Positions 1-8,110 of a DNA stretch of 32,000 nt are shown here, piece after piece (position 1 is the first letter of the stretch; every line of letters starts with the position of its first letter). The position numbers and the translations under genes were made by a program. The DNA is from Candidatus Babelota bacterium. GTDB taxonomy: Bacteria > Babelota > Babeliae > Babelales > Vermiphilaceae. Below the pieces are notes generated by a model that saw only the letters and a program-made list of their open reading frames with translations, had not been told where the DNA came from and did no database searches. Location of the stretch: the NCBI GenBank assembly GCA_039809905.1, contig JBDHVY010000001.1:960001-992000 (forward strand). Reading direction: 5' to 3'.

Positions 1-995
1 CCGCCACCTAGCGTAATGCCACAACATATAGCAGCAGGATTTACTGATAAATTATTAACGTTAAGTATGGCACCTGGTGCAAATTCTTTTGCCAAGTCTA
101 TTCCGAGATCTATACCTGCAGCGATAAAATCATCCTTTAATGTTCTACCTGCTTGGTTGGCAACATCGGTAAAAAATGTATTTTCAGGAAAAAGTTCGGG
201 ATGACAATGCATACCAACTTGATTATAATCTGTAGCGTTTATTTGAGTGTTAGCATATTCCAAACCACTATCAATAGCTTTTGTGCCACTTTGAGTAATT
301 ACTTCGAAACTTTTTTTAGCTGCTTGCGCCGCAATGCTTGCTTTATTTTCCCAAAGCTTATTTTTAGTTGCCTCTAGTGCATTTTCTGAACTATCTTTAC
401 CTAAAGATATAATAGCAGCACTTGTTCCGCCAACAATAGCGCCTTTAAGAGTATGTGCTGCTAAATGTTCTATTTGTTGTTCAGGAGATTTTTCAAGTTT
501 TACCGTAACATGAGACAATGAAAGTCTAACTGCCAGAGGCATATCAGAACCAATTTGTCGCCATGTTTGCGCTGAAACAGAAAGAGTATTTTTATCATGA
601 CTTGCTATTAAACCATTGTATATTTTCTCTGCGGCTTCTTTTTGTGCGTGAGGCATATTATAAAATATGCTTACGGGCAATGGAGCACCAGCTTCTTGAG
701 ATTTCTGAGTCAATTCTTGTGCTTTTTTAAAGTCGGCAATTGCATAAACAGGATTCTGTGCAGTATTACTATAGGTAGCATTGAGCAATACGCCCTCGAT
801 TTGTGTATTAGCAGTTTTGATAGATTGTGAAATCGGTGTAGCATACGCAAGTTTGGGATCCCTATTAAGGTTCCTATTGATCTTGCTTAATTCTTTTTGT
901 GTAGTTTTGAGTTGTTGTTTATTAAACTGAGAACCATGTACTAAACATGAAATCATGATGCCGCTAATGGCGAAAAATAATCTTACTATTTTCAT
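1..995 (-). CDS. Hypothetical secreted protein, partial (N-terminal 331 codons; 3' end lies beyond the left window edge)
   Basis: Absent from the ORF track because it runs off the edge. My manual reverse-complement translation from ATG (995-993) is stop-free to position 1: MKIVRLFFAISGIMISCLVHGSQFNKQQLKTTQKELSKINRNLNRDPKLAYATP... GGAG lies 9 nt upstream of the ATG. The N-terminus looks like a signal peptide. The short + strand ORFs at 16-830 are antisense to it. No family recognised. Confidence 0.6.
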   Translation of the reverse strand, partial: MKIVRLFFAISGIMISCLVHGSQFNKQQLKTTQKELSKINRNLNRDPKLAYATPISQSIKTANTQIEGVLLNATYSNTAQNPVYAIADFKKAQELTQKSQEAGAPLPVSIFYNMPHAQKEAAEKIYNGLIASHDKNTLSVSAQTWRQIGSDMPLAVRLSLSHVTVKLEKSPEQQIEHLAAHTLKGAIVGGTSAAIISLGKDSSENALEATKNKLWENKASIAAQAAKKSFEVITQSGTKAIDSGLEYANTQINATDYNQVGMHCHPELFPENTFFTDVANQAGRTLKDDFIAAGIDLGIDLAKEFAPGAILNVNNLSVNPAAICCGITLGG

Positions 996-1018
996 AATAA
1001 TGCTCCAAAGTAATATTT

Positions 1019-1444
1019 TTATTCTGTTATTGTTCTATCTTTTATTGAAGGTACTTTGATAACTTGTTCTAGGTACAATGCCTCAAAATTGGTTTTGTTT
1101 CCGGGAGCTGGATAAGTCGTTGTTCCAGGTACAGGACTATTATATATACGATGTTTATGGTCAAGAAATGCTTCTACTGCGCCATATGCTAGACCACCGC
1201 CAAGACCCATTACGCCTGATACATAAAATAAAGAAGTATCTTCCTTAGAAAAATCTCTGCCAGAGCAGTGAATTTTTAAACCGGCTAAGATCAATCCGGC
1301 GCAACCGCCTAAACAGCCTTTTTTTACTATTTTTCCTGCGATCTCTGTACCAGATGGCTGTTGAAGAGAGTGATTTTCACAGCCAATTGCTTGAAATACG
1401 CTGAATATGCTTAAAACTACTGCAAGAATATTTTTATTAGACAT
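1019..1444 (-). CDS. Putative small lipoprotein with glycine-zipper-like hydrophobic segments
   Basis: 141-aa ORF with AAGGA 6 nt upstream of the ATG. MSNKNILAVVLSIFSVFQAIGC resembles a lipoprotein signal with a lipobox-like AIGC. Gly-rich stretches are present (GCLGGCAGLILAGL, GVMGLGGGLAYGAV). No confident family. Confidence 0.6.
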   Translation of the reverse strand: MSNKNILAVVLSIFSVFQAIGCENHSLQQPSGTEIAGKIVKKGCLGGCAGLILAGLKIHCSGRDFSKEDTSLFYVSGVMGLGGGLAYGAVEAFLDHKHRIYNSPVPGTTTYPAPGNKTNFEALYLEQVIKVPSIKDRTITE

Positions 1445-1659
1445 ATAGCATCCTTGTTTTTTATAGGTAAATCGAGTCTAGTAGCTTATATAATATAGTT
1501 TATATAAAAAAATATTTATGTCAATGTGAATTATTTTTAATAAGAATAGGCTGAGAGTGCTATAAAGCCGTGCCTATTAGATGATTGCTTTTTGTATGAT
1601 TCCAATTATATAGTTTGCTTATATGTTGTGCTTTTAAATGGAAGTCAAAGGATACAAGA

Positions 1660-4122
1660 ATGAAGTATGTAACCTGTTTAGTATTGCTTAGTATATTCTG
1701 TGCAGTAGACATTATAGCAAAAAAAAGCAATATACCAGCAGCTGAGGACCATGCATCAGAGAGTTTTTTTAAACGAATATTTGTAAAAGAAAAAAGAACG
1801 CTGTCTGTGGATAAAAAATGCAAAAATTTGATATGTCTTTTTGATCCTGAATATCAAGAAACCATAATAGATGAAGGAGGAGCTTTGGCATTTGAACTCA
1901 TGGATGCTCTTAATGAAAAGATAGCCCCTATTATTGTAACGCCAAATATTCTCGAAAACTTTTGTTATGGAAAAATCCATCGTTGGAAAAATATTAAAAA
2001 ATTGTTATTTCAAAGATCCCATTTTGCCGGAAAATTACTTACGACAAATTTATCTGGATGGGAATGTTATTTTCATAAGAATGGAGGATGGGTATTATTG
2101 GTTCCAACTCGATATGCTGATTTGTATATAAATGAACCGATATCAAAAGAAAATCCGGAACAATGTGGTTTTAATCTTAATAATCTTGAGAAAGTAGAAG
2201 ATCTATCCTATGCAACAATTGTGGAACGTGTGCGAAATAATGGGCTACGGCATAATAGTACACTTGATGATTTTGAATCTTTATTTTTAAAAAAAGATAG
2301 TAACGATCGATTTGTGCCTGCGTGGAACATATATGTAATTGGGCATGGAGGACCAACTCCAAAAGTTACAATCGAGAAACAAGATGATCGTACGGTAATA
2401 AGATCGATTAAAAAGGTACAATCCGATATTGAAAAAATACAGTCAGAAGTATCGCAGTTTGAATTGAAAGATAAAGAAAAAGAATTGAAAACATTGCTTC
2501 GAAAGCTCAAACAAATTCGTTCTCAAGGTGTGACATGGGATAGAGAAACATTTTATGGAACTGTTGGTTGGAGAGATCAAGATTTTAGACAGCTTCTACA
2601 TTTTTTTGAATATGGTATAAAAACTTCGTATTTACACTATACAACATGCTTTTCAGGAGGTTTTAACCAAACACTACTGAGCGAAGAACTTGCACTTATA
2701 GATGTCAGTTTTATTGTTTCAACAATAGGAATAAACGAAGCCGTAGTCTATTATAGTGCAAAACCGATGAAGTTTACGAATTTTTTTAAAAAATTGGATG
2801 TACTCATGTGTGATCCAAGAGAAGGAAATCTGGATCAGGAATCAAGAAATGCTTTATTGAAAGATTCAATTATAGATATTGTTGGTAGTCTGATATCTAA
2901 AGACTGGTTTGATTATAAGCAGCCATTTGTTCGTTTACCATCAGCTGGGGTATTTAAGGCCGTCGATCTTGCTCAACATGTAGAATTATTGACTCATTCT
3001 TTGGCTAAAGCGCATGAAATTGAGGGTTCACCGATTGATTATACTGATCCATCAATAAAAACTATTTTTATATATCCAAATCACGTTAAAGTACCATTAA
3101 TGATTAAAGATCATGTTGCTATTGTATCTCCTGCTCCGCAAACTGTGCATGCAATACCAAAGTCTACTATTCATATTCTTGAAAAAGTGTCTTATCAAGA
3201 TAATTTATCTTCGATAATTCCAAATTTTGTATCATTTAATTCTCGTTATCAACCGATTGTATTTGTTATCAAGGAATTGTATTGTTTGGGTAATCCAGAT
3301 TTGTTTTTAAGTGTGCAAAAAAATAATCCAATAGTTATTAATGATATTATTATTATTATTTCCTTTCAACAACAGGAGCTTGATGTCTCTTTTGATGCAG
3401 ATGCCGCTGTTGATATTGATGTTGTGTTTACTCACAATGATAATAATTATTTTATTTCAAAAAACGTTCCTCATTTGCAAAAAAACATAGAAGAGCTCTT
3501 TGCTACATTTAAAATAGGAAAATTTGAAATTCTTACTGAACAACAATTAGCCTTATTTGCTGAAAAAATTCTTGATGCTTCATTCATTACAGCTCTTAAA
3601 AATAAAAATAAGCCAATAACATTGCCTCTTATTATCGAATATTTAGAAAAACAAATTCATGGAGCAATGGTGACGAAAAAGGTAAGCGCTGAACGCTATC
3701 CTGTTTTATTAAAAAAAATAAAAGGGTTAGAACGAATTACTTCTCCTGAAGCTCTTAAGATGCAAAAAAAATTCATTGTACAGACCAAAGCTGTTCCTGC
3801 AGTATCATGGATACATCGTCTTGAGGTCTTGGAAAATCTTGTAAAAAAAATGCTCCATCAAATAAATACTCTCATGAAAAAGCAACAAAATCATAATCTA
3901 ATATCATTTAAAGAAAGAGTAGAAGAGATAGCAAAAACAATTGCCAAGGAACAAGCAATTGCCAAAAGCCAATTAACATTGAAAGAACAAGCTTTACTTT
4001 ACAAAAAGCAGGCGTCCGATGTATTGCAACGAACGGCTGGCCAGATGAGAGATGTTGTCAGAGAAAAATTAGGATATGAAAAATCTGATACATCGAGATC
4101 TGGATATGGTAGACCACGGTAA
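1660..4122 (+). CDS. Large secreted hypothetical protein (820 aa) with possible clan-CD cysteine-peptidase-like core and C-terminal coiled coil
   Basis: The track ORF is 1615-4122. I prefer the ATG at 1660 because MKYVTCLVLLSIFCAVDIIA is a signal peptide and AAGGA lies 7 nt upstream. Internal motifs are WNIYVIGHGG and YLHYTTCFSGG. The C-terminal ~150 aa are heptad/K-E-Q rich. A strong hairpin terminator follows immediately. Confidence 0.75.
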   Translation: MKYVTCLVLLSIFCAVDIIAKKSNIPAAEDHASESFFKRIFVKEKRTLSVDKKCKNLICLFDPEYQETIIDEGGALAFELMDALNEKIAPIIVTPNILENFCYGKIHRWKNIKKLLFQRSHFAGKLLTTNLSGWECYFHKNGGWVLLVPTRYADLYINEPISKENPEQCGFNLNNLEKVEDLSYATIVERVRNNGLRHNSTLDDFESLFLKKDSNDRFVPAWNIYVIGHGGPTPKVTIEKQDDRTVIRSIKKVQSDIEKIQSEVSQFELKDKEKELKTLLRKLKQIRSQGVTWDRETFYGTVGWRDQDFRQLLHFFEYGIKTSYLHYTTCFSGGFNQTLLSEELALIDVSFIVSTIGINEAVVYYSAKPMKFTNFFKKLDVLMCDPREGNLDQESRNALLKDSIIDIVGSLISKDWFDYKQPFVRLPSAGVFKAVDLAQHVELLTHSLAKAHEIEGSPIDYTDPSIKTIFIYPNHVKVPLMIKDHVAIVSPAPQTVHAIPKSTIHILEKVSYQDNLSSIIPNFVSFNSRYQPIVFVIKELYCLGNPDLFLSVQKNNPIVINDIIIIISFQQQELDVSFDADAAVDIDVVFTHNDNNYFISKNVPHLQKNIEELFATFKIGKFEILTEQQLALFAEKILDASFITALKNKNKPITLPLIIEYLEKQIHGAMVTKKVSAERYPVLLKKIKGLERITSPEALKMQKKFIVQTKAVPAVSWIHRLEVLENLVKKMLHQINTLMKKQQNHNLISFKERVEEIAKTIAKEQAIAKSQLTLKEQALLYKKQASDVLQRTAGQMRDVVREKLGYEKSDTSRSGYGRPR

Positions 4123-4126
4123 AAAA

Positions 4127-4162
4127 GGGCGGGCTGATTTTTATATCAGCCTGTCCTTTTTT
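4127..4162. terminator. Rho-independent terminator between convergent genes (best on + strand, possibly bidirectional)
   Basis: GGGCGGGCTGAT (4127-4138) pairs with ATCAGCCTGTCC (4145-4156): a 12-bp stem with 2 G-U pairs and a 6-nt loop, followed by T6 (4157-4162). A6 (4121-4126) precedes it and would be the U-tract for the minus strand, but the two G-U pairs become A-C mismatches there. Confidence 0.7.
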
Positions 4163-4189
4163 ATTTTCCTACGACTTATCTTTATTTTA

Positions 4190-4225
4190 CCCCATCTTTT
4201 ACGGTCCATCGTATGGGGATCCCAT
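4190..4225. repeat. GC-rich palindromic element, copy A
   Basis: CCCCAT (4190-4195) is complementary to ATGGGG (4213-4218). ATGGG-GAT-CCCAT (4213-4225) is itself palindromic. It lies in the spacer downstream of the topA stop and is related to copies at 6601-6672 and 15159-15195. Confidence 0.5.
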
Positions 4226-4276
4226 AACAAGATATTTTATGAATGTTTATAGAAGAGGTTAAATGATATGATATTT

Positions 4277-6520
4277 TTATGACTTATATCCGCAATCTTT
4301 ATTCAAACAAATCAATGTTGATTCGCCTTCTTTATTTGTTTTTTTAGTCAAGAATGGCCACTTACATTGTGGGCATGGGGTTTCTTCAATTGGATCAAAG
4401 ATTGCAAGTTTGCATTTAGGATATCCAGAGCATCCCCAGAATTTGCCGCCACGCCATGCGCGTTCAATAATATCGTTGCCGCATTGTGGGCATTTGAACG
4501 GTAATGTTTTGCGTTCAATATATTTGCATTCTGGGTAACCGGAACATGCAATAAAGTCGCCGTATTTTCCATGCATTTGCCGTAATTGCTTGCCGCAGTT
4601 AGGACATTTTTTATCAAGCAGCTGTGGTGCTTCTGTTTCTTTTAATTCAATAGTTCCTTTTTCATCGCGAATGAAATTAGAAGTAAAGGTGCATTCAGGA
4701 TAACCGGTACAGCCTAAAAACTCTCCGGATTTACCAAATCGAATGGCAAGCTTGTGCTCTTTGCATTGTGGACAGGTAATATCAGTTTCAACTGCTTTTT
4801 TACCGCCATCTTTTCCTGCAAATAAAGCAAGATCTGCTTCAAAAGCTTTATGAAAATCTCTTAAAAGGATATCGCGTTCAAGCTCACCATGAGCAACTTT
4901 ATCCAATTCTTCTTCCATTTGAGCGGTGAACTTTGGATTCATAATCTCTGGCAAGTTTTTAACGAGCATCTCAGTTACAACCATGCCAAGTTCAGTTGGC
5001 ATAAATTTCTTTTTTTCAAGCGTTGTATATGCGCGTGCGCGAATCGTGTTAAGAATGGTAGCATAGGTACTTGGTCGTCCAATGCCTTCTTTTTCAAGTT
5101 CTTTAACAAGTGATGCTTCAGTAAATCGTGGTTGTGGTTGAGTAAAATGTTGTTTTGGATCAATTTTTTTCAAATCCAGTTCTTTTTTTGCAGTAAGATC
5201 GGCTGGCAATACAACTTTCTCATCTTTTTCGCCTTCTTCCTCTTCTTGATAAACATGTAAAAATCCATCAAAAATCAGCGTTGAGCCAGTGACTTTGAAA
5301 ATGTAGATACCACCTTTAATGGTAACTTGACGTTGTGCATATTCAGCTGCCTTCATCTGACATGCTACAAATCGCTTCCAAATTAAATCATATAATTTTG
5401 CTTCATCTGGCCCCAGATATTGTCTAATTTTTTCGGGAGACATATTTACATCAATAGGCCTGATTGCTTCATGGGCATCTTGCGTTTTTGCTTTTGTCTT
5501 TTTTTCAAAAACATTAGCCTTTGAAGGTAGATAGTCACCTTTATAATTTTTATTAATATATGAGCGTACTTGTTGCAGGGCAGTATCTGCTATACGCAAT
5601 GAATCCGTACGCATATAAGTAATAAGAGCTACTGGAGAGCTTGGATCTTTAAGTGCAACACCTTCATAAAGATGCTGAGCAACTTGCATTGTTTTTTTTA
5701 CAGAAAAACCAAGTAAGTTATATGCTGCTTGCTGTAAAGTACTGGTCATAAAGGGAGGCAAAGGATTTCTTGTTCTGGTTTTATCGGTGATAGACTCAAT
5801 AGAAAATTGTTCTTTTTTGAGTTTTTCAATAATTTCCTGAGCTGCTTTTTCATTCTTTATATCAGCTTTTTCTTTCCCAATATTGGTCAAAGGTGCTGTA
5901 ATGAGTGCTTTGTTGTGCGCAAAGCTGCCGGTAATACTCCAATATTCTTCTGGCACAAAGCTACGGATAGATTTTTCTCGATCGCAAATCATGCGCAAAG
6001 CGACTGATTGCACACGGCCTGCAGAAAGACCTTTTGCTATTTTTCTCCATAAGATAGGAGAAACTTCATATCCTACCCATCTATCAAGCACGCGGCGTGC
6101 TTGTTGTGCTTCTACAAGCTTCATATTGATTTCACCAGGATGATTGATGGCCTCAATAATTGCAGGTTCGGTAATTTCATTAAAGCTGATGCGGTAGATT
6201 TTCGCCCCTTTTTTGGCTACTTTTTGAATTTCTTGTGCAATGTGCCACCCAATAATTTCTCCTTCACGATCAGGATCGGGTGCTACATAAATAATATCGC
6301 AGGTAGAAGCTTGTTTACAAATGCTTGCAATTGTTTGATCTTTACCATCAAGAACAACATATTCTATAGAAATGTTGTCTTTATTAAGAGAAACCCCCAG
6401 TTTTTTTGAAGGCAGATCTTTAATATGTCCCATAGTGGACATAATAACATAATCCTTATCCAATAACTTGGAAATGGTTTTGATTTTTGATGGTGATTCA
6501 ACAATGATTAACTTTTTCAT
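4277..6520 (-). CDS. topA: DNA topoisomerase I
   Basis: 747-aa ORF with a TOPRIM N-terminus (MKKLIIVESPSKIKTI, DPDREGE), the active-site Tyr region ITYMRTDS, and four C-terminal C4 zinc ribbons (CPQC..C..C type). Confidence 0.97.
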   Translation of the reverse strand: MKKLIIVESPSKIKTISKLLDKDYVIMSTMGHIKDLPSKKLGVSLNKDNISIEYVVLDGKDQTIASICKQASTCDIIYVAPDPDREGEIIGWHIAQEIQKVAKKGAKIYRISFNEITEPAIIEAINHPGEINMKLVEAQQARRVLDRWVGYEVSPILWRKIAKGLSAGRVQSVALRMICDREKSIRSFVPEEYWSITGSFAHNKALITAPLTNIGKEKADIKNEKAAQEIIEKLKKEQFSIESITDKTRTRNPLPPFMTSTLQQAAYNLLGFSVKKTMQVAQHLYEGVALKDPSSPVALITYMRTDSLRIADTALQQVRSYINKNYKGDYLPSKANVFEKKTKAKTQDAHEAIRPIDVNMSPEKIRQYLGPDEAKLYDLIWKRFVACQMKAAEYAQRQVTIKGGIYIFKVTGSTLIFDGFLHVYQEEEEGEKDEKVVLPADLTAKKELDLKKIDPKQHFTQPQPRFTEASLVKELEKEGIGRPSTYATILNTIRARAYTTLEKKKFMPTELGMVVTEMLVKNLPEIMNPKFTAQMEEELDKVAHGELERDILLRDFHKAFEADLALFAGKDGGKKAVETDITCPQCKEHKLAIRFGKSGEFLGCTGYPECTFTSNFIRDEKGTIELKETEAPQLLDKKCPNCGKQLRQMHGKYGDFIACSGYPECKYIERKTLPFKCPQCGNDIIERAWRGGKFWGCSGYPKCKLAIFDPIEETPCPQCKWPFLTKKTNKEGESTLICLNKDCGYKS

Positions 6521-6563
6521 ATTTATCTTTTTAGTCGGTGATTCTATTTTGTTTTACTCTTCT

Positions 6564-6593
6564 ATAATAAAGTATGTATTTTCAAAAAGTCAA
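6564..6593 (-). promoter_or_regulatory. Candidate sigma70-type promoter of topA
   Basis: On the minus strand: TTGACT (6593-6588), an 18-nt spacer, then TATTAT (6569-6564), ~45 nt upstream of the topA ATG. Pattern match only. Confidence 0.4.
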
Positions 6594-6600
6594 ATAATTA

Positions 6601-6672
6601 TCCCCATGTCCATTTTGCATAGGGACCCCATTTTGAGCTCCATGTTCGTTGCATTTCACATGGGGACCCCAG
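6601..6672. repeat. GC-rich palindromic element, copy B (double)
   Basis: TCCCCATGT (6601-6609) and its exact complement ACATGGGGA (6658-6666). Also ATAGGG-A-CCCCAT (6619-6631) and ATGGGG-A-CCCCAG (6660-6672). The surrounding spacer is AT-rich. Confidence 0.55.
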
Positions 6673-6709
6673 TTAAGATTCATCCAAATTGAGGAAAAAT
6701 CTAGTTTTC

Positions 6710-7444
6710 TTATTGATTATCTTGAGTTTTATATCGTAACAAAGATCTATGAAGCCTGTCGATATCCTTTTTTAGATCTTCTGTTGTCGATAAATCAGGA
6801 GCTAGAAAGTCTCCCTCTTTTCGTCCATGATATTTTTCATAGGTCTGAGTAACTGTTTCTTTAATGCTTTTCAAGAGCGCAGTTTTTAGATTGATTTGGC
6901 CTCGTTTAGTCGATTTGGTATAATCGTAATTATTAATAGCGGTAGCTTTGTTTGCATAATCTCTTCCAAGTGAGCCATCCATGATTTTTTGAAGTTCGTG
7001 TTCAGCCGCAAGATCACCAGGTAATTGAGTTATTGATGTATTAGATTTTTCCCAACGTACTTCAATATCCCAGCTTTGGTAACTTTTGCTAGGTTTGACA
7101 ATAATGACTGCATTTTTATCTTTGTTAAGAAACCTATTTGACTGAATTTCTTCGATCTGTTTTGAAAGTTCTGTGAAATATGACATAAAGCGAGAACCAG
7201 TTCCTGTTGTGCGGATAGATAGATTAATAACATTTTTTGGATCATACATTCCTATTAAAACTCGTCCTTGATTAGGAACAGCTATTTCTTCTGCTGTTGA
7301 ATCACTTTTTCCTTTTTTGTATTTAATAGTTGCCCCGTAGTGATTTTCTAGATAAATCTTGGGTTCTTTATTCATGCCAAGCATATTGTTGCATGAGATT
7401 ATTAATGTTGTTATCAACATTGTACGCATTATGAAATATTTCAT
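6710..7444 (-). CDS. Hypothetical secreted protein
   Basis: 244-aa ORF with AAGGAG upstream of the ATG and a hydrophobic signal-like N-terminus (MKYFIMRTMLITTLIISCNNMLG). No family recognised. Confidence 0.7.
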   Translation of the reverse strand: MKYFIMRTMLITTLIISCNNMLGMNKEPKIYLENHYGATIKYKKGKSDSTAEEIAVPNQGRVLIGMYDPKNVINLSIRTTGTGSRFMSYFTELSKQIEEIQSNRFLNKDKNAVIIVKPSKSYQSWDIEVRWEKSNTSITQLPGDLAAEHELQKIMDGSLGRDYANKATAINNYDYTKSTKRGQINLKTALLKSIKETVTQTYEKYHGRKEGDFLAPDLSTTEDLKKDIDRLHRSLLRYKTQDNQ

Positions 7445-7629
7445 AAAAACTCCTTTGTTACACTATAAATAATATAGTGGACCTGTTAAAACACTTCTTT
7501 ATTTGATATTAGACTATTTGTTTAAAAAAAATCAATTAAATTTTCCTGTTTGAATGATAAGAACTATTTTTTGAGAAAAAATAATGTTTGTGTAAAATGA
7601 ATATAAAGTTTAGTGTATAAAGGAAAATA

Positions 7630-7995
7630 ATGGCTACGAAATATCGTGAATTACTAGAAAAAGTCAGAGATTTAAAATTCAATAAAGATGATATGCCTCC
7701 ACTCACGTATGAGGATGAAAATGATTTATTGGAGGATCCAATAATTATAGAACGGCAACATCTGGCACATTTATTAAAGCGGTTTAAGCAAGAGCGTATT
7801 GAACAACAAGATATCTTTGATTGGATTCACTTTGTTTGGTTCTCCGATTACTTTAGCTGTGCTGATGAAGATGCTGATTGCATTACAAGCGTTATTCAAA
7901 TGCTTGAAGAGTTAGAAGAAGATGGTAATATTGATCCGGAAGATGCAGAGCGATGCTTGTATGCATTAGATCATAATGAGCCTATTTATGAATAA
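7630..7995 (+). CDS. Small acidic hypothetical protein
   Basis: 121-aa ORF with AAGGA upstream. Strongly acidic (D/E-rich) with no signal peptide. No family recognised. Confidence 0.6.
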   Translation: MATKYRELLEKVRDLKFNKDDMPPLTYEDENDLLEDPIIIERQHLAHLLKRFKQERIEQQDIFDWIHFVWFSDYFSCADEDADCITSVIQMLEELEEDGNIDPEDAERCLYALDHNEPIYE

Positions 7996-8000
7996 AAATA

Positions 8001-8027
8001 CCCCAGCGATATGATTTTACGCTGGGG
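8001..8027 (+). terminator. GC-rich hairpin downstream of the 121-aa ORF (terminator-like, no U-tract)
   Basis: CCCCAGCG (8001-8008) and CGCTGGGG (8020-8027) form a perfect 8-bp stem with an 11-nt loop, 6 nt after the stop codon. No T-run follows, so function is uncertain. Confidence 0.3.
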
Positions 8028-8110
8028 GCCTATCTAAGCGCCTCTTGTCTAAGCCTCAAATCTTTTATAAAGTAAAACTAAATGAACACGATATAAACAG
8101 AGGATGAAGG

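Noticed and set aside
16-830. Three short + strand ORFs (62, 74 and 62 aa) from the track
   Set aside because: They lie antisense to a continuous 331-codon minus-strand reading frame with an SD and a signal peptide. Their sequences are low-complexity/Cys-Phe-rich and have no start context.
853-865. TTGGGATCCCTAT, resembling the GC-rich palindromic element
   Set aside because: It lies inside a coding region (encodes NRDPK on the minus strand) and lacks the flanking CCCCATGT/ACATGGGG arms. I treat it as coincidental.
1615-1659. Upstream ATG (1615) as the start of the large ORF
   Set aside because: The extra 15 residues (MLICCAFKWKSKDTR) precede a textbook signal peptide that starts at ATG 1660, which also has an AAGGA SD. 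The longer form is less plausible.
3711-3850. A8 homopolymer runs inside the 820-aa ORF as potential phase-variation tracts
   Set aside because: Poly-A runs encoding Lys-Lys are common throughout this AT-rich window (also in batE, sufS and others). Nothing marks these as contingency loci.
4348-6409. Several 60-100-aa ORFs on both strands nested within topA
   Set aside because: They are fully contained in a very confidently identified topA reading frame. There is no independent support.
7461-7479. Perfect inverted repeat CACTATA-N5-TATAGTG upstream of the 244-aa ORF, and a similar AAGATAA-N3-TTATCTT at 22653-22669 upstream of suf
   Set aside because: Short AT-rich inverted repeats are expected by chance in AT-rich spacers. 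There is no second copy or known operator consensus, so these are not reported as regulatory sites.
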